This document shows positions 51,747 to 62,677 of a stretch of 64,000 nt of DNA, piece after piece. How positions within the stretch are numbered: position 1 is the stretch's first letter; each line of letters opens with the position of its first letter. Origin of the DNA: Octopus sinensis (lineage: Eukaryota); assembly GCF_006345805.1 (NCBI RefSeq), contig NW_021833026.1:124001-188000 (forward strand), in the 5' to 3' direction. The notes beneath the pieces are model-generated. The model did not search any database and had not been told where the DNA came from. It saw only the letters and a list, made by a program, of their open reading frames with translations. Position numbers and translations under genes: made by a program.

Positions 51747-52748
51747 TGTCACATGGGTGATCAGACCCCTATGGGCAACCTGGCCTTTACGTGTTTCCAT
51801 GGCAACTACATAGCAAATATTTACTAAAGGCCAACTAATATAAAGGCAAGCGATACGAACTAATGATTGAACTTTAAATTTTGAGGAAAATGATGTTTTA
51901 TATTTGAACCATGCTTGCTTAAAATAGTAAAATTATTTACAACATTAGCAAATTATAATGTGAATTATTTTTATTTTTGATATATAATTGCAACATTAGC
52001 AAATTATAATTTACATCAAATTTTTGCAAAGTTTGTAACAACATTAACTCAACCTTAACCAAACCCTAACGTTGGCAAGTGACAACATAAATATATTCAA
52101 AATCAACCCTAACGTTGGCAAGTGACAAAATAAATATATTCAAAATCTAACCCTAACGTTGGCAAGTGAAAAATAAATATATTCAAAATCTACCCTAACC
52201 TTAACCCAAACCCTAACGTTGGCAAGTGACAACATAAATATATTCAAAATAACCCAAACCCAAAATCTAAACCTAACCCAAACCCTAACGTTGGCAAGTG
52301 ACAACATAAATATTCAAAATCTAACCCTAACCTAACCAAACGTAACCCTAATCGAAATTAAATGATGTTTCTGCTGACGATTCTTAGTCGTTTTTTGACA
52401 AAAATGGAAAGCTTCTTGGCCAACCGGTGTTTGCTTCGAGCATTCATATCCTCCGGGAATATCCCGATTAACGCTTCCTTAATTTGAATGTATTCGTTAA
52501 TATTTCTGACGTAACCCTCAAACCCAGACATCACAAAGTGTGAGTAACCACGCTTTTAAACTTAATATACTTTTGGGTAAGCCATTTTTAAAAGATAATT
52601 CAAATGTAATTTTAAATTAAAATAATTGATTAATCTACACTCTTCCATATATAAATTGCTATATTCAATATTTAATACCTTTTCTGCGGTTTCCATAGAA
52701 ACACGTAAAAGGACTGGCTGCCCATAGCGCATAGTCGCCCATGTGACA
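51747..52748 (-). mobile_element. Inner Ginger-like element nested in the outer one, with a truncated transposase
   Basis: Imperfect TIRs of about 60 bp starting TGTCACATGGG; perfect 5-bp TSD AAATA. A 57-aa ORF at 52531-52358 (MSGFEGYVRNINEYIQIKEAL...KHRLAKK) resembles the N-terminus of the 18295 transposase (MSGQRLFVKDQDEY...KYRLKKK). Confidence 0.75.
52064..52350. repeat. Five copies of a 43-44 bp unit interleaved with telomere-like CCCTAA variants
   Basis: The core CCCTAACGTTGGCAAGTG...TAAATATATTCAAAAT starts at 52064, 52107, 52151, 52211 and 52283. Confidence 0.9.
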
Positions 52749-53288
52749 AAATATATTATAATATTTTTAAAGTGCCATTGTGTCATTATATTCAATAATT
52801 CGAAAAATTTATAAAATTACAATATGACTAATCGATATGTGCGCTCGGGGCGTAGTGCGCGTTGTGCATGCGACATATTGGCAACATAGGACTTCCAGCA
52901 TTTTGTAGTAGATGGTGCGTTTAGAAATGTACAGAGCTTATTTGTTCCAATATTGCTAACTCTAATCTAATGTCTACTGAAAAGGTTTTAAAAACAATGT
53001 GGCTAGCTTTTATGCAAATGAAAAATAGCTCATCCAAAATATGATTTCATAGTAAATAAAATGATGTTCAGTTTAATATCTCACATCTTAATAATTATTT
53101 AAAAACTAATTTCCCAAGGGGAATTATGTTCAAACACGAAAACAAAATCACTACTTAAAAATACTAATTAAACAAAATACCTATGAGAGCAACCTGGGAG
53201 GGCGCTGTTGTTTCTGGAAGCTGCTGGTCTCATAACTTAATGTGAGATCGAGGTTATCCAACCACAACTAATTAAACACTAAAGTGAA

Positions 53289-55685
53289 TTACAAAAATAA
53301 TGTAAGAATAGTTAGAGTGTAAACACGTTTTTGTGCTTGAAAACCATATATTCGAGATAGTTCACAATCAATTCGATTCCTATGATAACACCAATCATCA
53401 AAACCATTCAAATACTTAGATTTGTCGTCCTCGGGGTTTAGTTCCTCAGTAATAGTGTACAACATATTCCAAGCCCGAGCCAATTTAGAGTGACTCTAAA
53501 AATGACCACCATAAGACAACCTCTCTGTAATTCTGATCGACATACATTTGGCAGCCCTCGACACACTGCAGTTACAACACAACACAACTCTCGACAACCA
53601 AATTCGTACAAAAACTCGTTTGACATTTTCAAATGCTCTTCAGGGACCGATTCAAATTGCACATATTCCAGACTCATATCAACGACAGTCCTGCTAATAT
53701 CCACCGCCATCTGTATAGCTTAGAAAATGGTAAATCAGCACATGACAAACCTCTATTCCACAGACTATGCGAACTGCTGTCTTCACGTCCACACACTCTT
53801 ATATTGAAGTTAAAACGTCTCAGAATGATTTCCGTTCGAGCCACGACTGAAATGAGATACATCACAAAGACGGGTCTTCTTGACTTGGCCAGAATGAAAC
53901 TTTTCGATGAGGTACTCAACAGCCCGTTTCTGACTGCTGAGGACAGTTATGTAGTGTATTAAGCGGTTAAATGAATTCCTCACACTTTCCTGGAAGTTTA
54001 AGGCAAGAAACAACTTTCATGAGCACAACTGAGCCAAAAGCAGTCCCACATACCTGTCCTAACACATCCCTGTCCACTAAATCAGGAAACGAGTATTGCA
54101 AAATATCGTCTGACAGAAATGGTAGTTTTGAGGATTCCAGGGAATCCAAGGTAGTGAAAGATATTTTTCTAGCCACGGGGGAATCGACGTAGGAGATTTG
54201 TCTTGGGGGAGTGATCTGTCCAACTCCAACCATCTTGCTCACTACACTTAACCACAACACATACTCGAATCATAGGCGTCCACAAAATTAGAAGAGGGCG
54301 GAAAATGAAATAGTTGATTAGATGGAAAGATCTCAACGGAGAGGTCACGAACTGTCAGATGGGGGTAAGAGGAAGGACTCGTGGCCTGTTCTATAACAGT
54401 GAATCCATCCTATGATAGACTACACACAACTAACATCTCCCGAGTATTCACACATGCCTTCCCCTACAAATTTGACTTGAACTTGTCTCCCACATGGCTC
54501 GGTATCTATTCACAGTCCTCACTCAGAACCAACCTCCTTTCAACTCAAAATGAGTAAGTCGGGTGGATCCTTTTTTCTTGGGGGACGCAAAATTGGCACA
54601 TATGAATGGATGAGTAAACCACTCAGCTAGACAAATGAAGGGAAGGATCTACCAAATCCAATCCGAGTATCCGGGGATATATCCAGCATTCGACTAATAA
54701 GGTCTCGCAGTCGCTGGTCCGTTTGTGGAGGAAACCTAACCTAACTCGAATGGATCTACGAAGGGTAGAGAGAAATGCCGTCCTTTGAAGGAGGAGAAGT
54801 GTAAAAGTTCTTCAAATGGACTTCACTGGTAGCAGGAAAGGGGAGAGTATTAAATCGACAAAAGTAGAAGATTACACCCACACTGAATATATCCGACACG
54901 GAAGTGTGAGGCATCCTTAGAAATATTTCGGGGGACTAAATAGTGAGAGTGACCCCACCATGTAACTGGGGGACCCCAAATAGGAAGTTGTCATCTGATC
55001 ATCAGTCAAAAAACGAGAGAAGCCAAAGTCGGCTGAAGACTTATAAAGGATGAGTGCCTATTTTTAGGATAATTTCCATTGGAGGCATGTTTATTCCCCC
55101 TCCGACGTGGTGAAGCAGGATATTCTGGGGTTTTAGGTCTCGATGGGCAATGTTGAGTTGGTGGAGAACTTTCATCCCCTCGGCTCAACTTAAACAACTT
55201 CCAAACTAATTTGTTTGATGAAATGACTCAAAACGTGGTCTTCCAATCCACCGACTTCTACAAGTGAAGAAATAGTGAGTACGTCGGACATATTTGTCGA
55301 GGTCACCTCCGTTGCAAAACTAAGATCTAACCCATCGACTAACCTCGGTAAATAGATAAATGATGTCGTTTCTAATCTACCAAATAGTACAACTACCACA
55401 ACCGTGTAATCCAGCAGACGCACAAGATTACGTTGGTTTATTGCAGAGATTTCCTATAGATTTCTGCATTAGAAAATACCTGCAAAACAGTAATTTCTCT
55501 CTCCCATGTTTCTTGATTGCGGCCAATAATTACTTTCTTTACCGCTACGGGAATTGATCCACATGGAGTCTATAAAAGTCTTGAAGTCAGAAAACCCTCA
55601 TCGTTCCTCTAAAAACAGTCCCGAATTGCCCATTTCCGAGAATGTTTGTCTCCAAAAATTCAAACAAACCAAAATTATCTGGCAT
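53289..55685 (-). CDS. ULK1: ULK1/Atg1 autophagy-initiating Ser/Thr kinase, highly fragmented by micro-introns
   Basis: MPDNFGLFEFLETNILGNGQFGTVFRG, VAVKK, FCNGGDLDKYV, HRDLKPQNILL, KI|ADFGFSRFL, LGSPSYM|SPE and WFTHPF match ULK1/2. A C-terminal helical region resembles the EAT/MIT domain. The stop position is tentative. Confidence 0.85.
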
Positions 55686-55744
55686 CACAAAAATTGTTTT
55701 GTAATCAAATTAGTAATCAAAACAAAGTAATTAATATTCTTAAG

Positions 55745-58700
55745 TTAATCAAAAATTATAGTCCAATTAGCCGAAACATTGACTCCGGGCATTCTGATCA
55801 TCACGGCACCCGCCTTCCATTTCAACGCATGGTCAACCACACGACCCCCCTCTAACCAAATAAACCGGCGAGACAAACCGTGGACAACCCGAGCCATACG
55901 AGGTGGAGACTTGAAGCCCCTTACATATATACTATCAATCCACAAAGATGACACATATTTGACTCTCTTTACTCGCAGGTTCGTCAATTTATTATTTGTA
56001 AACAAGAACTTCCTCAAATCAAACATGTTGTTCTGAGTATAATTGAGTGTATTGTAGTCATCCACGTACAATTCTCCCTCTGCATTGCCCTGAGAAAATG
56101 AAATAAACAAAGAAATACACTCTCGTCCAGATACACGGACAAATATATTGGATCATTTACTGATAGGGATGCACTGCGCCGGGTGTAATGCCTCCTTGGA
56201 ATTATTGATCCTCCACGGTAGAAGATCGGTACGGAAAGGAGTCCGACCGGCACTGAAATCGAAAGAGGACTCTTTAGAGGACTGGCTGTCGGATCAGATC
56301 CGCTATACCACAGCTTACTGTTAGTCTCAACGGTAAACCTCATTTCCTGGGAGATAAACAGTAACGGATGTAGCTGATTGATACAACACAGGGCATACCA
56401 AAATAGACCTCCCTACCAATAATAACCAAAGAACAACCAATCATAAATGACTCCTCCAATACAAACGTGTTCAAATCTCGATGGAAATGAACCCAAAGCG
56501 GAGCCATTGGGGGGAATCCATCCAATGAAGATTGGGCAAAGAGGGTGTACCAATATGGCAAGTAGGAGTACCTCCCAGATATAGCTGCCTTTATTCCTTC
56601 CAAGAAGTTGCTCTGAAAAAGCCAAGGCTCTCTCCTTCGACTGTCAATATGTGCATGTGCTCGGAAGAAAGGTTGCCACGATCCCAACTGGTGCCACCTC
56701 ACAATCAATTCTCCATCAGGGTTTCCAAAGAAGCCCCCCACGTCAGCCCCCGAGAAAGTGACTCCGGATATGCTCATTGACAGAATCATCGGAATACTCT
56801 TCCTTAAATGAGCCCAGCTGGCTTCGTTGTCCCCAGTCCAATACGCTCCTTCCAATAAGTCCACTCACAACTCACCATATCGCTGAGACCCCGCAAAAAA
56901 CGCCCTTCCAAGCAAGAATGGTCTCTGTGTGTAATTGGTTCTCCTCAACAACCCTTCCCACGTAGCCCGTGCCTGTAATAAGTCACAAAATTAGTCGACC
57001 ATTAGTGTTCCATACTCATTGTGTAATTCTCGATTTTGTATGTTATTCATGTGCACCACATCTCTCGGAAACGTCATTTCTGGGTGGTTGAAAACTGATG
57101 GCTCGTTCATGTCCACCCAAATATGCAGATTCTCGTTAGATGGTAAGTATTTGTCAAACTGGAAGAGGGAAGACCACCACTCCCGTACATTTGGATTGGT
57201 AAAGTCAGGCCACACGGAATGCCCTTAGCATGAAGACTATACAAGAACCAGGCCAGCACCACCCCTCAAATACACTCCCATCACTATTCTTGACCAAATA
57301 GTCATTTCTGCTCGCCTCTTCATAGACTTGATATGTATCACTCATTTTCAAATGTGGGTCCACGATGGTCACTAATTTCCGCCCCCTCTTGGCCAGTTTG
57401 TCCAACATTTGAGACGGATTTTCGAATTTGTCACTATTCCACGTGAAATAACTAACATATCAGAGACTGCAGTACCGGCGGCTGTCGGTGTGCTCGATAT
57501 CCAGCCAAATCACGTCCAATGGAATTCCGTACTTCTCAAAATTAGAACTGACCCTGCGAAGTCAAAATCAAAAGAAACTCTTCGACGTCCTCCTGGTCGT
57601 TGTAATTCCACCGAGACTGGTGGAATCCCAAAGCAAAGACCTAAGTTAACCCAAATACTCATCAACCGGCGGAATCGAGGCAGTGCCCGTGAGTTGAGAG
57701 TACTGTTTGAACACATCAGCAGGAGTAGGTCCAAGCAGAATAAACATGTCAATCACACCCGTCTCCGAGAACCAGTGACTGGCAATAGAGCCCTGACCAA
57801 TCATCACAAGTCACAATACAGACGAATCATAGTCCAAATCCACCCACGTCTCTGCAGAATTGAGCCAAAAGAAAGAAGCAGTACTCCTCTGACTAGACTG
57901 TGAGGAGTGATAACTACCCGTGGTGAATAAGCAGAGGAACTGATCCGTAGAGGGCCATCGAATAGTCATCAATGTCGTATTGAAACACATCCAGATTGAA
58001 CAGTCTGTACGGATCTCCCTTTCTGTGCTATTAATACATAATCACGACTTTGTAGACTGAAGAACGAGTGGGGACCCTCTTTCGGGAAGTCCGTAAGCAT
58101 AGGTATATCCATGGAACTCAACGTCCACCCCGACTGTACAAATTAGTCAACAAGTCACCGGATGTCAGGTCAGTCCCCCTTTGAGGGATATCCTAGATGG
58201 AGTGAAGGGAGAAATCAAACCAGCCCGTCCTCATCACCTTCAACGTCCTCAGTCGCCGACCGTCTGAAGAGAGAAAGGAATGACCAAAATATGTCTATAA
58301 ACCGAGAGAAGAAACGCGATCTTGAACGTCGGCCGGTGCTATCTTTTTCCCACTCGAGTCCGAACCTGCCATTGGTCTCATACATCAATTTCTGCCGTCC
58401 ATTGACCCTGGCCACGTGTCTTCCTTGTCCATCACATCCACCGAAAAAGGGGTGAGTGTGACGACTGCAATCTGAACATTTCGATGAAGAATTGTGGCAG
58501 TTTTGGGGCTGAGAGTGTATTCCAATCTGTATAAATAATATTGGACAAATAAAGCTCTTCTGTGGGCGGATCCTGGACGAGAATGTTCCCGATGGGCGAT
58601 TCGTAGCGAGGACGGCCTGTCGGACTGTTTTCCCGGATAGTGACCCTGACTATTTCATTTTGTATTAGATGGATTGTGGTCTGATATTAAATTGTGATTT

Positions 58701-58940
58701 TAAAACTTTGAGAGAATTTTTATTGTCTTTTTGTGAAATGATGAATTCGATGGATCCCTGAGAGTTTTTTTTGAATGTAGTTTTGTTGACGTGGTACTCG
58801 TCTCTGGGGTCATACCGATTGCGTCTATGATAAGGGACAAGTAGTTCTAACTGACAAAATGGTGTCTGCAGGCACGTATTAAACTTTGACCTGTCGACAG
58901 AGCATACAAGAAAACATGTCAACAGGATACAGAGCAACAT
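55745..58940 (-). CDS. GANAB: Glucosidase II alpha subunit (GH31)
   Basis: Signal peptide followed by [15 protein letters not shown]; [20 protein letters not shown], catalytic [33 protein letters not shown] and RREPW. Confidence 0.95.
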
Positions 58941-59060
58941 GTGTTTGAATTGTTTGAATATTAATTTATTGTATAATTAAACAACTTTAATATTTTGTAG
59001 TTTTTATATATACTAAAAAATTATTTGGAATTTTTTTTAAACAGATGTGACTACTTCGGG

Positions 59061-60208
59061 TGAAAAGAGTCTATAGTCTGAGGACCCGATTTATCGGCCA
59101 AGCTTGGAGCCATTTTTTACGTATTCTGCTCAGAGCCGCGGTAGCAAGCATCTTTCTGCAAGAAATGTCTTCACTGTCTCCAAGTAAGGAGCCGAGTTTG
59201 TTGGCGTTCCTCAATGTTTCGCCAATTCTGATGTCCATTCGTTTTATCTCCGTCAATTCAGTTTTGGAAGTGTTAATTATCAGGAACCATTTGTTAAGCA
59301 CCCGTGGGGAATTGTTTAGTAGATGAATTAGATCATCTATGTTGACCGAGGCAAAGTCCACATCGTCGGCATATACAATTTCGGTGATAGAATCATTATA
59401 GAAAGTTCTCAAATCTCTCAAGGCGGCTTCCAGATAGATTACAAATATCAGGGGGGAGAGAGAGTCTCCCTGAGGCGTGCCGACATTCGTTTTGAACCGC
59501 CTGGAGGAGACTGACCCAATACGAACAGAAAGTTCTGTCTTAGCAAGTAGTAACCGTATCATTCTCACTTCATCCACCTCTAGGAAGCTTTCCAGAACCC
59601 CGATAAGTAGGTCACGACGGACACAGTCAAAAGTCTTTGACATATCGATAGCTGTTTAAAATTTCTGGTGGACAGCGCAGCGCCATCTGTGACTTCAGAC
59701 TATATCAGCTGTGGATCTTCCAGCCCTGAATCCGCTGTGACTGGGGGAGAGATATTCATTAACAGTTCGGGACTCTATAGACTATAGACTCTTTTCACTG
59801 TAAACAACTACGTCTCTTTCACGGAATACACTGGCCATCAAAAATTAACAATCTATCTCTGTATAAACATTACCATGCTACGCCGTTGTCTCAAGAAATT
59901 ATTTGGCCATATTTTGCGAATGGACCCCAGAGCTCCGGCCAATCGGGCAATGGACGATTATTTCTCCGAACATGGAGAAAAATATCGTGGGAGACCTAGA
60001 TCCACTCTTCCGGCAGTTCTGGAAAGGGATCTCAAACCTCATGGCAAAAGTCTCAAAAACTGGGACGACCTAGAATCTTTGCGGAATCTCGCCCGCAACA
60101 GAGGGGCATGGACGAGGATGGTCCAGAAAATTGTTTCGCTTGTGACACGTGTGGGATTATAACTTTGTTTATGTTTCTACGGAATGTGTTATAATAATTA
60201 TAATAATA
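59061..60208. mobile_element. RTE-like insertion with inverted 5' segment, (TAA)n tail and 11-bp TSD
   Basis: RT on minus (59060 to about 59780: GTPQGDSLSP, YADD); 3' end on plus (59779-60208: LFGHILRMD, YRGRPR); TSD ACTACTTCGGG / ACTACCTCGGG. Confidence 0.85.
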
Positions 60209-60219
60209 ACTACCTCGGG

Positions 60220-61260
60220 ATAGTTCGAGTAATCTGGTCTTCAGTAGGCATCTCGATTGTTCAAATGAAGCCAGCAGTGCCTGGAGTCAGATCACTGGTC
60301 CGTCAATCATGCTGGGCTCCTTGCACTAGTAACCACAGATTAGTGTGTTTAGACACGACTAATTGGACAATTGCAGGTTTAACGAAGCCAGGATTAGACA
60401 TTAACCAATAATCTGTTGTTGACAAAAATGAAAAAGAGATTGATATTTGAGTCTGAACCATCTAGGGAAGTAATATGAGTAGGTGAATGAACTGAGACCT
60501 CAAGGATTTGAAACTTGTCTGGCCAGAAAAGGAAGAGCTGATTCTCGTTTATCAGAAGAAGCTCAGAACAACCTGCTTGAGTTTAATCCCAGGCTGTTCT
60601 ATCGGTAGCTGCAGGGAGAGACAGAGGAGGGTACCCAGCAAAAGGCCGAAATGCGTGACACACGAAATTTATAATGTGTATAACTTCTAAATAAAAAATT
60701 GCAAACCAATCCATGGTTGCCTGTGTCAAGCAATCGAAGAGTTTACACCTGGCTCGATTCCAGAGTGGTTATGTACTGGGGTTATTTATTTTATTCGTAA
60801 AGTAGATAACCCTTCTGCTCCGACAGATTATCGTCCAATAACTTGTATGCCCAACATGTAAAAGTTGATGACTAAGATGGTGGCTACTGAGGTCAAAAAT
60901 TTCGTAAAGTTGAATGAATTCGGTCCGAGAACCAGTTAGGTACTCGAAGGGATTGCCAGGGAGATAAGGAGGAGGCACTGATCAACAAATTCCTCGCGCG
61001 AGCCCATGGAAACTCACGAATGTCGATGTGGGTGGATGTGAAGAAAACATATGACTCAATTGACCATGCCTACCTCGTTGAGTGTTTGCGAAGGCTCAAG
61101 TTGACTTATTAGTTTGTCAAATTTTTTGCAACATGGATGGACATGTGGAATGTGCATCTACATTGCAACAAATGCGATATAGACGAGCCTAGGGAGAGGC
61201 ATATTACAGGGCGACATTATAAAAGGCTACGTATAGGGTAAGTATGGTCTGGGTGCTACC
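60220..61260 (+). mobile_element. Degenerate R4/Dong-like retrotransposon (RT N-terminal half)
   Basis: QNNLLEFNPRLFYR, IPEWLCTG, DYRPITCMP, NQLGTRR, WVDVKKTYDSIDH and RGILQGD. Confidence 0.7.
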
Positions 61261-62677
61261 AAAATTAATGTGCAGGAGTTGATCAAACTTCAGAGGAAAT
61301 CGCAAATAAAAAAGATCAACTTAAAAGTCCTTCAAAAGAATCTCTTTAGCAGCCTGGACAACCCCCACATTTTCGCATCGTTGTCATCAATGTGGTTGAA
61401 ATATGAGAATAACTCTCTCCGATCAAGAGCTTTAAAGTACTTCCAACTTTAAGGTGTTTATTTAATATATTTTTGAGTTGTCTAACATAAATCAAAATGT
61501 TATAAAGGTGTATTAATTATTCATGTTCTCTTTATTGTCGACAGTATTATCTCTTGGTCACTTTGCTGGAATACAAAATCCCACAAAATTGAGATCAACC
61601 CATTATGGTATATTTGATTACAACCTGATTTATTAGGTCATTATGACATTTCTCATTATAGTCGACTCGCTGTATTTTAAGGGAATTTAATTGTTTATAG
61701 AGGAGATCGTATATGGTGGAGACAAAGAAGTTGGGTTTAAATTAGGAGTGGGAACAGGTCCCAACATTAAAAACATTCTCTTTGATGTCCTTTTTGATGT
61801 TCCTTGAAATCTTCCTATGTCATTAAGAATCACCAATTTCTTTTTCTGTAGCTTTCGTAACACTCGGGCGAAGACTTGAGGAAAATATTGACACATACAT
61901 TGTAATATCTGAAAATGTTTACCATGACCCATAGCTCGTCTCTTTTTTGATATTATTGGTTAGAAAATTCAAAAAAACGTCAATTGTCTAATTTGATTCT
62001 TATTTTTGCTTTCCATCAATCGAGAACTAAAATATTTGCCAACGATAACAAATAGCTCTCTTTGCATGGTTTTTTTATTAGAATCAGTCGTTTCTAAAAC
62101 TTTCCTTTTATCCAGAGTTTTTTTCAAACGGCACAGTTAAATATTTGACTTTTTATGCAAAGGTGTTCAACTTCACTACGATTTCTCTTCCCTTCTTATT
62201 TACTAACATCATTTCACAAAAAAGTCAAGGTAAAAGTGTAACGCTTAAAATTGGTGTAACCTGCATAGAGCGCGACAATATTAATTTCAAAGAAAATGCA
62301 TTAACATCAACTTCAGTATTCATCTGACATTGAAAAATCGATTACAGGAACTTGTTTTCGATTTTTTCAGTACAAATTCACGTTGGATTTTCATCAGATT
62401 CAATATTGACAATTCATTTACATATCAGTATCGTATTTGTAATATGATATTTTTATTATATTTTATCTAAATTTCTAACCGTGATTTCTATTTATCTTTA
62501 TGGATTGTGTAAAAAAAGTCACAATGTATAAAGATGAATATATTTCTGTTGTATTTATTAACGATAATCCTAATAAACCACTTGGTCTTCAATTTGCTGC
62601 AATTTTTTCGATTGAGGCAATGAAAACGTCAGGTTTGATTAAATAGCTCTCAGCTATTTTTGGGTGATCGATTAAGG

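Larger units (their letters stand above)
51128..52875. mobile_element. Outer non-autonomous Ginger-like element
   Basis: 39-bp TIRs starting TGTC (51128-51166 and 52837-52875, 36/39 identical); 5-bp flanks TATTA / TATTG. Confidence 0.8.

Noticed and set aside
52064-52350. CRISPR-like repeat-spacer appearance
   Set aside because: The context is eukaryotic, there are no cas genes, and the variable intervals are telomere variants rather than unique spacers.
51508-52350. True chromosome end
   Set aside because: The repeats are degenerate, short and flanked on both sides by transposon TIRs and genes.
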